A stretch of DNA of 64,000 nt from an uncultured delta proteobacterium (GCA_963792275.1 CAWBVQ010000002.1:238364-302363), one strand, 5' to 3'; positions 42,402-51,543 are shown, counted from the first letter of the stretch. A program made the numbers and translations. The notes: generated by a model from the letters alone, not told the origin.

Positions 42402-43118
42402 TTACATCCTCCGGCAGGTGTTCTGGTAACAAGACCTGCCGCCGTTGCAGTCGCTGTCCACCTCGCAGCGAACCAGCTTTTCAGCCGGAAGCCTGGACCG
42501 GGGCACACAGGCGGCGGGCGGCGCCGACTGGGTCACCGGCTTCAGCGCAGCCAGTTCTTCCGCCGCCGCGCCGAGGATTCCGCGGGCGCGGTCGTCACGG
42601 ATGAACTGATCATATGCAGAGAGGATCAATTCATTGACCGAGGGGGTCAAGTCAGCCGCCAATCGGGATTTTCCTGACCTCTTCGCGACCACGTAGACCG
42701 CATCGAACACCTCGCGCGAGTCGCTCTTGCGCGCGACGCGGTAGCGCACGCAGTACGTCCAATCCACGTTGAAACCCAGATCGTCGGCCAGGAACCGGAG
42801 AACGTCGCCGGAAACGTGGACGGGACTCCGCTCCGTGAGGGCAACGCCCGTCTTTTCCAGTTCGAGAGCGGTGGCCCGGCGCACGAGCTCCGCGACGTCG
42901 GCGCCGATGTAGACCGACGCGGGCTCGGTGTTCTCGAGCTGGTTCGAGGCGATGCCGTCCCGCGTGGCGACATAGGTGAACTTGCCGACGTCGGCTTGAC
43001 CCTGGTAGCGCACCACGTTCTGCGGTTCGTACTTGACGGGAATGGTTTCGGCAGTGCAACCACAGACGAGGGCGAAAGCTGCCAAGCAGAGGATACGGGA
43101 GACGATCAAGGGTGGCAT
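42402..43118 (-). CDS. lipoprotein of unknown function with C-terminal Cys knot
   Basis: MPPLIVSRILCLAAFALVCGC lipobox. Ends ...CEVDSDCNGGRSCYQNTCRRM*. About 60% GC. Confidence 0.6.
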   Translation of the reverse strand: MPPLIVSRILCLAAFALVCGCTAETIPVKYEPQNVVRYQGQADVGKFTYVATRDGIASNQLENTEPASVYIGADVAELVRRATALELEKTGVALTERSPVHVSGDVLRFLADDLGFNVDWTYCVRYRVARKSDSREVFDAVYVVAKRSGKSRLAADLTPSVNELILSAYDQFIRDDRARGILGAAAEELAALKPVTQSAPPAACVPRSRLPAEKLVRCEVDSDCNGGRSCYQNTCRRM

Positions 43119-43210
43119 CCCTTCCGGTTGTCCGGCGTTGATTCGCCAGCCCGAAGCATCAACCAGGATTGCCGGTTGAAGCAAGCCTCCGGAAAGAAAC
43201 GCCCGGCGCG

Positions 43211-43666
43211 TCACTTCCGCGGCTGGTAGGCCCCCGCCTCGCTCCGGAACGCGATCGCCAGCCGGTTCCAGCCGTTGATCGCCACCGCGATCATCGACAG
43301 CTCCACCAGCTCCTTCTCGCTGAACTGGCTGCGCGCGCGCTCGTACACCTCGTCGGGGACGTGCCCTTCCGTGACCAGCGTCAGCGCCTCCGTCCATTCC
43401 AGCGCCGCCCGCTCGCGGTCCGTGTAGTAGGGCGCCTCGCGCCAGGCGTCGAGGCCGTAGAGGCGCTGCTCGGTCTCTCCCAGCGCGCGGGCGTCCTTGG
43501 AGTGCATGTCCAGGCAGTAGGCGCAGCCGTTGATCTGCGAGGCGCGCATCTTCAAGAGATGCGCGAGCTTCGGCTCGATGCTGCTCTCGTGGATGAACTT
43601 CTCCAGCCCGAACATGGCGCGATAGGCGCTGGGCGAGACCGCTGCGGTGTCGAGTCTTGGCTTCAT
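43211..43666 (-). CDS. carboxymuconolactone decarboxylase/AhpD-like family protein (CxxC)
   Basis: LAHLLKMRASQINGCAYCLDMHSKDARALGETEQRLYGLDAWREAPYYTDRERAALEWTE. Confidence 0.8.
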   Translation of the reverse strand: MKPRLDTAAVSPSAYRAMFGLEKFIHESSIEPKLAHLLKMRASQINGCAYCLDMHSKDARALGETEQRLYGLDAWREAPYYTDRERAALEWTEALTLVTEGHVPDEVYERARSQFSEKELVELSMIAVAINGWNRLAIAFRSEAGAYQPRK

Positions 43667-43718
43667 CGAATCCTCCGCTGGAAGAGATTCCAGCGCAGCC
43701 CCGCGGATTCGCGAGCCC

Positions 43719-44078
43719 TCAGCGCAGCGCCTCTCGCAGCACTTGCAGCGGCAAGAGCGCGCACCCCACCCGCGACGGGCGCAGCTCGGATTCCAGGGCG
43801 CCGAGGAGGCGCTCGTCGGACAACGCGCGCGCCTCCTCCACCGCGGTGCCCGCCACCAGCTCGCTCAGCATCGATGCCGCGGCCACCGTCACCATGCAGG
43901 CCTCGGCCTGGAACGCCATCGCCTCGATGCGGCCGGAGCGCACGCGCAGCTCGAGGCGCACCCGGTCGCCGCAGAGCGGGTTCGTGCCTTCGCGCGCCAG
44001 GTCGGGCGACTCCAGCGCGCCGCGGTTGCGCGGGTTCTTGGCGTGGTCCACCACCACCGCGCCGTACGGCGCGCTCAC
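43719..44078 (-). CDS. SufU/IscU-type Fe-S cluster (sulfur transfer) scaffold-like protein
   Basis: GTGA overlap with the upstream gene. HAKNPRNRGALESPDLAREGTNPLCGDRVRLEL..FQAEACMVTVAAASMLSELV..RVGCALLPLQVL carries the three conserved Cys. Confidence 0.7.
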   Translation of the reverse strand: MSAPYGAVVVDHAKNPRNRGALESPDLAREGTNPLCGDRVRLELRVRSGRIEAMAFQAEACMVTVAAASMLSELVAGTAVEEARALSDERLLGALESELRPSRVGCALLPLQVLREALR

Positions 44079-45079
44079 TCGAGCTGCCCGCGGGGGATGC
44101 CGCGCTTGTACGGCGCCACCTGATACGAGCTCGAAGGCGCGAGGAGCCCGCCGGCGGACAGCTCCGCGATGGCGTCCACGTCCATGTGGTCTCCCGCCAG
44201 CAAGCGCGGCAGCACCACGTCCAGCGAGGTGGCGCGGCTGAAGATGCCGCAGGAAGGCGCGCCCACCACCGGCACGTCGCCGAGGTAGGCGATCCACAAC
44301 AAGGTCCCCGGATACGCCGGCACTCCGTGCCGCTCCATCCGCGCCCCGGAAAGCTCCAGCGCCCGCAGCACCGGGTCGTCGGGATCCATCGATCGGCTTC
44401 CCGCCAGGACCAGGAGGCCGGCGCCGCGGCGCTGCTCTTCGCCAATGGCCGCCGCCAGCGCCTCCGGGTTGCCCGGAACCGCCCGCGCCACGGTGAGCTC
44501 CGCGCCGAAGAAGGCGAGCTTCTGCTCGAACGCGCCCTTCGCCCGCTGCAGCGCCGCCTCCGCGATCTGCTCGTGCACCAGCAGCGACCCGCGCAGCGGA
44601 AGGAACGGCCGCACCCGCACGAGCCCGGAGGCGATCTCCTCGGCGCGCCGCACCCGCTCCTCGCGAGTGACGAAGGGCACCACCTTGGCGCGGCCAACCA
44701 CCTCTCCTTCCGAGACGACGGATCCGCGCGGAAGCGTATACAGCGCCAGGTCGGCGATGGTGTTGATCCGCGCCAGCCGCTCCGCGTCGAACTCGAGAAG
44801 GCCGCGGCGCCGCGCCACCAGCGGCAACGAGCCGCCCTCCATCTCGGCGGCCTCCACGCCTTCGCCTGCGGCAGCGGTGGCGAGCCTGCGCCCCGCCACC
44901 TCCTCGTGGAGGTCGCCCGGCTCGGCCTCCAGCACCTGCACCTCGCTCCAGGGCAGCGCGTCGAGGGCCCTCACGTCCGCCGCCGAGAGCACGCGCCCCT
45001 TGGGCAGGTCGCCCACGGCGCGGACCAGCACCAGCCCCGGCGCGATGCCTTGTCCCCGCACGATCCGTCGCGCTTTCAT
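44075..45079 (-). CDS. molybdopterin-binding (MoCF-biosynthesis/MoeA-like domain) protein
   Basis: GAGGAGG RBS. MKARRIVRGQGIAPG... C-terminal LLVLAGSRSMDPDDPVLRALELSGARMERHGVPAYPGTLLWIAYLGDVPVVGAPSC typical MoCF_biosynth fold. Confidence 0.6.
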   Translation of the reverse strand: MKARRIVRGQGIAPGLVLVRAVGDLPKGRVLSAADVRALDALPWSEVQVLEAEPGDLHEEVAGRRLATAAAGEGVEAAEMEGGSLPLVARRRGLLEFDAERLARINTIADLALYTLPRGSVVSEGEVVGRAKVVPFVTREERVRRAEEIASGLVRVRPFLPLRGSLLVHEQIAEAALQRAKGAFEQKLAFFGAELTVARAVPGNPEALAAAIGEEQRRGAGLLVLAGSRSMDPDDPVLRALELSGARMERHGVPAYPGTLLWIAYLGDVPVVGAPSCGIFSRATSLDVVLPRLLAGDHMDVDAIAELSAGGLLAPSSSYQVAPYKRGIPRGQLE

Positions 45080-45141
45080 GGCCAACCTCCTCGAGCGAAA
45101 AGCGTAGCAGGGTTTTCGCTGAAACTTCGTTCCGGGCCCTG

Positions 45142-46260
45142 CTAGGCGAGCAGGTGCCGCTCCAGCGCCCGCAGCGCCAACAGATTGTGGGCAGGCGCGA
45201 AGACGCTGACGTGGGGCAGCGCCGCCTGCATCCCCTGCGTGAGCGGCTCGTAGCCCGGGCTTCCCAGCAGCGGGTTGAGCCAGATCACCCTGCGGCTGCG
45301 AAGCTGCAGCGACTCCATCTCCGCCCCGAGCAGCGCCGGGTCGCCGGTGTCCCAGCCGTCGCTGAGGATCAGCGTCACCGTGCGCCCGTCCACGAGCGCG
45401 GGATAGTCGCGGTTGAACTCGGCGAGGCAGGCGCCGATGCGGGTCCCGCCCGACCAGTCGTGCACCTCGGCGGAAAGCCCGCGCAGCGCCAGCGCGTAGT
45501 CGGGCTGGCGCAACAGCTCCGTCACCCGCCGCAGCGTGGTGGAGAAGACGAAGCTCTCCACCCGCGCCACCGTGCCCTGCAGGGCGTAGAGAAACTGGAG
45601 CAAGAAGCGGCTGTAGAGGTCCATGGACCCGGAGACGTCGCAGAGCGCCACGATGCGCGTCTTGCGCGGCCGGCGCTTGCGGAAGCGCAGGTCCATCGCC
45701 TCGCCGCCGGTGGAGAGCGTCCGCCGCAGCGTGCGCCGCAGGTCCACCCTGGGACCGCGCCGGCCCGACTTCCAGCGCCGGCTGGGACGCGCCGCGAGCC
45801 GCCGCGCGATGCGCGCGGAGATGCGCCGGATCTCGTCCAGCTCCTCCGCGCCGAAGCTGCTGAAGTCCTTGTCCGACAGCGCATGGGCGTCGCTCGCCGC
45901 CGGCACCTCCTCCGGCTCCTCGCCCTCGCCGGCTTCGTTGCCCGGCTCGCTCCACGACGAGAGCGAGGGCACGCTGGCCTCATCGCGCGGCGGGGAGCGC
46001 CGATGGACGCGCACGGGTCCTTCGGGCAATTCCCGCTCCCTGGAGAAGAGCTCCTCGAACACCTCGTCGAAGATCTCCAGCTCCTCGGGCCGGCCCACCA
46101 GCACGCAGCGCAAGGTCAGATACGTGCGCTCTCGCGTCTCCAGCGCGCCACAGCGGAGGGCGCGAACGGCATCGATGGCATGGCCGGTGGTCACCGTCAT
46201 TCCGCGGCCGCGCAGGGCCCTGCACAGGCCCACCACTTTTTCGACGAGGTCGCCGTTCAC
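45142..46260 (-). CDS. coxE: VWA-domain CO-dehydrogenase maturation protein CoxE
   Basis: GTGA overlap with coxD. IVALCDVSGSMDLYSRFLLQFLYAL..DWSGGTRIGACLAEFNRDY..VTLILSDGWDTGD..VIWLNPL. Confidence 0.85.
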   Translation of the reverse strand: MNGDLVEKVVGLCRALRGRGMTVTTGHAIDAVRALRCGALETRERTYLTLRCVLVGRPEELEIFDEVFEELFSRERELPEGPVRVHRRSPPRDEASVPSLSSWSEPGNEAGEGEEPEEVPAASDAHALSDKDFSSFGAEELDEIRRISARIARRLAARPSRRWKSGRRGPRVDLRRTLRRTLSTGGEAMDLRFRKRRPRKTRIVALCDVSGSMDLYSRFLLQFLYALQGTVARVESFVFSTTLRRVTELLRQPDYALALRGLSAEVHDWSGGTRIGACLAEFNRDYPALVDGRTVTLILSDGWDTGDPALLGAEMESLQLRSRRVIWLNPLLGSPGYEPLTQGMQAALPHVSVFAPAHNLLALRALERHLLA

Positions 46261-47187
46261 GCAGCGCCCACGGGCAGCCGCCCCGCGAGCAGCTCGCCGC
46301 GGACCTTGCGCAGGTCCGCCTCGTCTTTCACCACGCACCCGAGCGTCTCGCCCACCACCTCCGGCGTCAGGTGCGACGCGTGCAGCACCGCCAGCGCCGC
46401 CGCCCAGTCCAGCGTCTCGGAAACGCCGGGCACCTTGGAGAGTTTGGCCGTTCTCAGGTGCTGCACCAGCCCGACGATCTGCGCCGCCAGGGCCTCGCCG
46501 GCGCCGGGCACCTTCCGCCGGACGATGGAGAGCTCCTTCTCGAACGGCGGATAGTCGATCCAGAGGTAGAGGCACCTGCGCCGCAGCGCGTCCGACAGCT
46601 CGCGGGAGCGGTTGGAGGTGAGGATGACGTGGGGCCGCTCCCGGGCGACGATGGTGCCCAGCTCGGGGACCGTCACCTGGAAATCGGAGAGCACCTCCAG
46701 CAGGAAGGCCTCGAACTCCTCGTCGCTGCGGTCGATCTCGTCGACCAGCAGCACCGGCGGGCGCCCCTGGTGCGCAATGGCCTGCAAGAGCGGCCGCTTG
46801 AGCAGGAAGTCCTCGCTGAAGATGCGCGCCTCGGCGTCGGCCGCGGCGCGGCCGTCCTTCTCTTGAAGCCGGATGTGCAAGAGCTGCCGCGCGTAGTTCC
46901 ATTCGTAGAGCGCGGTCGAGGCGTCCAGGCCCTCGTAGCACTGCAGGCGGATGAGGTCCGCGCCCATGACCCGCGCAAGCACCTTGGCAATTTCCGTCTT
47001 GCCCACGCCGGCGTGTCCTTCGACGAGCAGCGGCTTGCGCAGCTCCATGGCGAGGTGCAGGGAGGTGGCGATGGCGGGGTCGGCTACGTACGCCTCGCGG
47101 TCGAGTTGTCCGATGAGCTGTGCGATTCAATCCACGCGTTCCCTCGATATCGCGGGCACAGAAGCACGCCGTCGCCCGGGCCGTCAA
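46257..47187 (-). CDS. coxD: MoxR-type AAA+ ATPase CoxD (N-terminus interrupted near 47125)
   Basis: ORF 46257..47048 has LLVEGHAGVGKTEIAKVLARVMG Walker A and LLVDEIDR Walker B. In-frame homologous sequence IAQLIGQLDREAYVADPAIATSLHLA continues upstream to an in-frame TGA at about 47127. A plausible N-terminus (..FCARDIEGTRGL) lies in another frame, starting at ATG 47187. Confidence 0.8.
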
Positions 47188-47270
47188 ACGGCCGAATCCA
47201 CGACCGCAGATTGGAATCGGACAATCGTGCTGGTACTATGCGACTCCACAGTGGCCGGGGGGCCTGTTTC

Positions 47271-48348
47271 GTGAAGCATTGGGTGGAGACTGCACTGATC
47301 CTCGATCGGCTCTCGGAGCTGACCGCACAGGGACGCGCCGCAGCGGTGGCGACGGTGGTGCAGATCTCCGGCTCGGCCTACCGGCGTCCGGGCGCCAAGC
47401 TCCTCATCGAAGCGAGCGGCGACACGCGCGGGGGCGTGAGCGGCGGATGCCTGGAGTCGGACGTCCGCGCCCAGGCGCTGGAGGTCATCCGCGGCGCGCC
47501 GAACCGTCTCCTGCACTACGACACCGGCGGCGACGAGGAGACGCTCTGGGGCCTCGGGCTCGGGTGCGAAGGGGCCGTGGACGTCTACGTCCAGCGCATC
47601 GACGCCGCCTTCATGGAAGGCCCCGGAAAGCAGATGCACGAGCTGGCGCGCGCCGGCGTTCCCTACGCGCCCATCACGCTGCTGGCGGGCGCCGGCGAGG
47701 GGCGCACCCTGGTGCTGGCCCGGGGTGTCCTGAGCGGCACCAGCGGGTCGTCGGAAACGGATCTTGCCCTGGCGCGCCGCGCCGGACCGCTGCTCGAGGG
47801 CGATTCCGGGGCGGAGCGCATGGGCGATGCGTTCGTCGACGTGCTGCGGCCGCCGCCGCGCCTCTTCATCTTCGGCGCCGGGGACGACGCGATGCCGCTC
47901 GCCCGCCTCGCGAGGCAGAACGGATTCGAGGTCACGGTGGTGGACCACCGCCCCGCCTACCTCACCGCCGAGCGCTTTCCGCCGCCGCTCCATCTCTGCT
48001 TGCGCCGCCCCTCGGACGGCGTCGCCGGTCTGCCGTTGACCATCTCGCGGCGCAACTTCGCGGTGGTGCAGACGCATGCCCTCGCGCACGACCGCGACTG
48101 GCTGCGCGCGCTGGCCGACCAGCCGCTCGCCTATATCGGGCTGCTCGGCCCGCGCGTGCGCAAGGAGCAGGTGCTTCGCGAGGTGGCCCTGGATTCCGGC
48201 GAAGCTCTTCGCGCCCATCGGCCTCGACCTCGGCGCCGACGGCCCCGAGCAGGTGGCGGTCAGCATCGTGGCCGAGATGCTGGCGGTGCACGCGCGCCGC
48301 GAGCCTTCGCACCTGCGCGTCCGGCAAGCGGGCATCCATGCCTCGTGA
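47271..48348 (+). CDS. XdhC/CoxF/CoxI-family molybdoenzyme maturation protein (frameshift near 48195)
   Basis: GTG 47271. VATVVQISGSAYRRPGAKLLI..GGVSGGCLE..LFIFGAGDDAMPLARLA.. Tail KLFAPIGLDLGADGPEQVAVSIVAEMLAV is in ORF 48076..48348. Confidence 0.8.
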
Positions 48349-49114
48349 GCGCATCGCCGGCGTGGTCCTCGCCGCCGGCCTTTCCAGCCGCATGGGCACG
48401 AACAAGATGCTGCTCCAGCTCGGCGGGACGAGCGTGGTGCGCCGGGCCGTCGGCACCGCGCTTACGGCCGGGCTCGATCCCGTCCTCGCGGTGGTCGGTC
48501 ACGAGAGCGGACGCATCCGCGCGGAGCTCGAAGGGCTCGCCTGCACCGTGCTGGAGAACGCCGACTACGCGCGGGGAATGAACACCTCGCTGCGGGCGGG
48601 CATCCGCGCCCTGCCCGAGGACGTGGAAGGCGCGGTGGTGCTGCTCGGCGACATGCCGCTGGTCGACGCGGACATGCTCCGCTCGCTGGCCGATCGCTTT
48701 CGCCGCGCCCGGCCCAAGCTCCTCGTCTCCACCTACGGCGAAGTGCTGGCGCCGCCCATCCTCTATGCGCGCGAGCTCTTCGCCGAGCTGCGCGCGCTGG
48801 AGGACGAGGCCTGCGGAAAGAGCGTGGTCAGGCGCCACCGCGGCGAGGCCGGTGGAGCTGCGCCTGGCCGGCGGAGCGGCCCGTCACGGCGAAGCCGGCA
48901 TTCCTTCGACGCGTGCCCGAAGGACTCCTCCTCCACCGCACTTCGCGCTCCGTCGCCGGCGAAGCCGGCTCCTCCTCCAATGCTCCGCCCTGCGCGCTCC
49001 GCCCGTCGCCGGCGAAGCCGGCTCCTCCGACGACACCTCGAAGGGACCCACGGATGCGCGCTGAGCTGCTCCAGCTCGCGGCAGACCTGTCGCGCCGCGG
49101 TGAACCGTTCGTGA
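48338..49114 (+). CDS. mocA: MobA-like nucleotidyltransferase (molybdenum cofactor cytidylyltransferase MocA-like); 3' end uncertain
   Basis: MPRERIAGVVLAAGLSSRMGTNKMLLQLGG...VVLLGDMPLV. The conserved domain ends near 48850. The rest of the ORF (to 49114) is low-complexity read-through of a repeat region and overlaps the next gene. Confidence 0.65.
   Translation: MPRERIAGVVLAAGLSSRMGTNKMLLQLGGTSVVRRAVGTALTAGLDPVLAVVGHESGRIRAELEGLACTVLENADYARGMNTSLRAGIRALPEDVEGAVVLLGDMPLVDADMLRSLADRFRRARPKLLVSTYGEVLAPPILYARELFAELRALEDEACGKSVVRRHRGEAGGAAPGRRSGPSRRSRHSFDACPKDSSSTALRAPSPAKPAPPPMLRPARSARRRRSRLLRRHLEGTHGCALSCSSSRQTCRAAVNRS
48882..49022. repeat. three copies of a CGTC(A/G)C(C)GGCGAAGCCGGC hairpin-containing repeat
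   Basis: Copies at 48882-48899, 48951-48969 and 49004-49022. Copies 2 and 3 share about 38 nt (GCGCGCTCCG..CGTCGCCGGCGAAGCCGGCTCCTCC) with a 53-nt period. GCCGGC-GAA-GCCGGC is self-complementary. An extra inverted repeat TCCTTCG...CGAAGGA lies at about 48901-48925. Confidence 0.6.
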
Positions 49115-49950
49115 TCGCGATGGTGGTGCGGCGCGAGCCCTCCAGCTCGGCGCAGCAAGGGGACATGGCCGTGATCACGGCCGACGGCCACTACCACGGC
49201 TGGCTGGGCGGCAACTGTACGCAGCCAACCGTGAAGCGCGAGGCGCAGGCTGCGCTCCTCGACGGCAAGCCCCGCCTGGTGTCGCTCTCCCCCGAGCCGC
49301 AGGCGCGGCCCGGCGTCATGGCCCTGCAGATGACCTGCCAAAGCGGAGGGACGGTGGACATCTACCTCGAACCGGTGCTCCCCGCCCCGCGGCTGATGCT
49401 CTTCGGACAGTCGCCCTGCGCGCGCGCGCTGGCCTGGCTGGGCGAGGTGATGGGCTACAACGTCGAGCCGGTGCAGGACCCCGCCGAGCCGCCGGTGCCG
49501 CGCAGCGGCGCCACCTTCGCCGTGATCGCCACCATGGGCGAAAACGACGAAAACGCGCTCGCCGCCGCTCTCGAGGCCCGCCCCTCCTACGTGGGCGTCG
49601 TCGCCAGCCGGAAACGGTTCGCGGAGATCCGCGAGGCGCTCATCGCGCGCGGCGTCAGCGCCGAGGCGCTCGACAAGGTGCACAGCCCTGCCGGCCTCGA
49701 CCTCGGCGGGCGCCTGCCGGAAGAGGTGGCGCTGAGCATCTTCGCGCAGATCATCCAGTTGCGGAACGCCGACCAGTCGTCGCAGCAGGCGCTGCCGGCG
49801 CAGACCACCATCGACCCGGTTTGCGGTATGACGGTCGACGTGGCCATGGCCCGTCATACCGTCGCGCACCAGGGTCGCGACTACTTCTTCTGCAACCCGC
49901 GCTGCAAGGACAAGTTCCTCAAGGATCCGCTCCGCTTCCTCGCGTCGTGA
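49054..49950 (+). CDS. XdhC/CoxI-family protein fused to a C-terminal YHS/TRASH metal-binding domain
   Basis: MRAELLQLAADLSRRGEPFVIAMVVRREPSSSAQQGDMAVI..LMLFGQSPCARALAWLG.. (XdhC N and Rossmann parts), then DPVCGMTVDVAMARHTVAHQGRDYFFCNPRCKDKFLKDPLRFL (YHS motif). Confidence 0.8.
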   Translation: MRAELLQLAADLSRRGEPFVIAMVVRREPSSSAQQGDMAVITADGHYHGWLGGNCTQPTVKREAQAALLDGKPRLVSLSPEPQARPGVMALQMTCQSGGTVDIYLEPVLPAPRLMLFGQSPCARALAWLGEVMGYNVEPVQDPAEPPVPRSGATFAVIATMGENDENALAAALEARPSYVGVVASRKRFAEIREALIARGVSAEALDKVHSPAGLDLGGRLPEEVALSIFAQIIQLRNADQSSQQALPAQTTIDPVCGMTVDVAMARHTVAHQGRDYFFCNPRCKDKFLKDPLRFLAS

Positions 49951-49962
49951 GGCGCAACCCAG

Positions 49963-50655
49963 ATGGCGTTCGAGATCGTGAAGACCTTCGTGGTCCGCTC
50001 GTCTCCGGAACGGGTGTGGGCCTTCCTCACCGATCCGGAACAGGTCGCAAAGTGCCTGCCCGGCGCGGCCATCACCGGCAAGCTCGACGAGAAGACCTGG
50101 CAGGGCACCATCAACGTCAAGGTCGGTCCGGTCTCCTCCAGCTACAAGGGCAAGGTCTCCTTCGAGAAGCTCGACGTGGCCGCGCGCACGGCGGAGATCG
50201 TCGCCTCGGGCCAGGACGTGCGCGGCAAGGGCGGCGCGGATTTGCGCCTGAGCAGCGCCCTGCGCGAGAAGGGGCCCGGCGAGACCGAAGTCACCACCAC
50301 CTCGCGGGTGAACATCACCGGCATCCTCGCGCAGATGGGCCGCGGCATGGTGCAGGACGTGAGCGATCAGATGTTCCAGATCTTCTCGCAGCGCATGCGC
50401 GCGGAGCTGGAGAGCGCCACCCCCGCCGCGCCCGCCCGCCGCGCCGCCGCGTCCGCTCCGTCGGCGACGCCCGCCGCGCCGCTCGCGGAGCCTGCCGCAT
50501 CGCCGCTTCCGGTGCCGGTCGCTCCGCCCTTTACGGCGCAGCAACCGGAGGCGCTCGACGTGGGCGCCATCGGCGCGAAGGCGGCGCTGCGGGCGCCTGC
50601 GTTCTGGGTGGCTATCGCCGTGACCGCTGCCGTGCTTTACCTGCTGCTCCGCTGA
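49963..50655 (+). CDS. coxG: CoxG (SRPBCC) with C-terminal membrane anchor
   Basis: MAFEIVKTFVVRSSPERVWAFLTDPEQVAKCLPGA..VGPVSSSYKGKV... Pro/Ala linker, then the TM helix FWVAIAVTAAVLYLLL. Confidence 0.85.
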   Translation: MAFEIVKTFVVRSSPERVWAFLTDPEQVAKCLPGAAITGKLDEKTWQGTINVKVGPVSSSYKGKVSFEKLDVAARTAEIVASGQDVRGKGGADLRLSSALREKGPGETEVTTTSRVNITGILAQMGRGMVQDVSDQMFQIFSQRMRAELESATPAAPARRAAASAPSATPAAPLAEPAASPLPVPVAPPFTAQQPEALDVGAIGAKAALRAPAFWVAIAVTAAVLYLLLR

Positions 50656-50668
50656 CCAGGAGGGAGAG

Positions 50669-51541
50669 ATGATCCCGTCCGCGTTCGACTATCACGCGCC
50701 GGCCTCGCTGCCCGAGGCCATCGCCCTGCTCTCGCGGCTGGGCGATTCCGCGAAGGTGATCTCCGGAGGCCAGAGCCTCTTGCCGCTGCTCAAGCTGCGG
50801 CTGGGCTCGGCCGAGCACCTGGTGGACATCGGCCGCATCCCCGGCCTCGAATACGTGCGCGAGGAAGGCGGCTTCTTGCGCATCGGCGGGCGCACGCGCG
50901 AGGCGCTCCTGGAACGGACCGAGGTGGTCCGCGCCCGCTATCCCATCCTCCTCGACACCGCGAAGGTCATCGCCGATCCGCTGGTGCGCAACCGCGCCAC
51001 GGTCGGCGGCAACCTCGCGCACGGCGATCCCGCCAACGATCATCCCGCCACCATGCTGGCCTTGCGGGCGCAGGTGGTGGCGCAGGGCCCGAAGGGCGAG
51101 CGGGTGATCCCCATCGACGAGTTCTTCGTCGGGCTCTTCGCCACGGCGCTCTCCGCAGGCGAGATCCTCACCGAGATCCGCATCCCCACCCCGCCCAAAG
51201 GGAGCGGTGGCGCATACGTGAAGCTCGAGCGCAAGGTCGGCGACTACGCCACCGCCGCGGCCGCGGCGCAGGTGACGCTGGATGCGGCGGGCGGCTTCGC
51301 GCAGGTCGGGCTCGCGCTCACCAACGCGGCCCCGGTGCCGGCGCGGGCCAGGGCGGCGGAGGAGTACCTGGTGGGAAAGCGGGCCAACGATGCCAGCATC
51401 GCCGAGGCGGCCAGGCGGGCCGCCGAGGCCACCTCGCCCAGCGCCGACCGGCGCGGCGCCGTCGACTACAAGCGCGAGATGGCCCGGGTGCTGGCCGGGC
51501 GCGCGCTGCGGCTGGCCGTCGATCGCGCGGAGGGGAGATAG
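50669..51541 (+). CDS. coxM: CO dehydrogenase medium (FAD) subunit
   Basis: [60 protein letters not shown]. Confidence 0.9.
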   Translation: MIPSAFDYHAPASLPEAIALLSRLGDSAKVISGGQSLLPLLKLRLGSAEHLVDIGRIPGLEYVREEGGFLRIGGRTREALLERTEVVRARYPILLDTAKVIADPLVRNRATVGGNLAHGDPANDHPATMLALRAQVVAQGPKGERVIPIDEFFVGLFATALSAGEILTEIRIPTPPKGSGGAYVKLERKVGDYATAAAAAQVTLDAAGGFAQVGLALTNAAPVPARARAAEEYLVGKRANDASIAEAARRAAEATSPSADRRGAVDYKREMARVLAGRALRLAVDRAEGR

Positions 51542-51543
51542 CC

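Noticed and set aside
43169-45145. 658-aa plus-strand ORF over the AhpD-like, SufU-like and molybdopterin-binding genes.
   Set aside because: The minus-strand products have recognisable families and coupled start/stop codons. The plus-strand product is low complexity.
47188-47270. Search for a sigma-54 or other obvious promoter in the 84-bp coxD/xdhC divergent spacer.
   Set aside because: TGG-containing candidates (TGGTACtatgcgac, TGGCCGgggggCCTG) lack a correctly spaced GC element, so no promoter call could be supported.
48882-49022. Whether the three spaced repeats are a mini CRISPR array.
   Set aside because: There are only three copies with unequal units and spacing, no cas genes in the window, and the repeats sit inside an operon.
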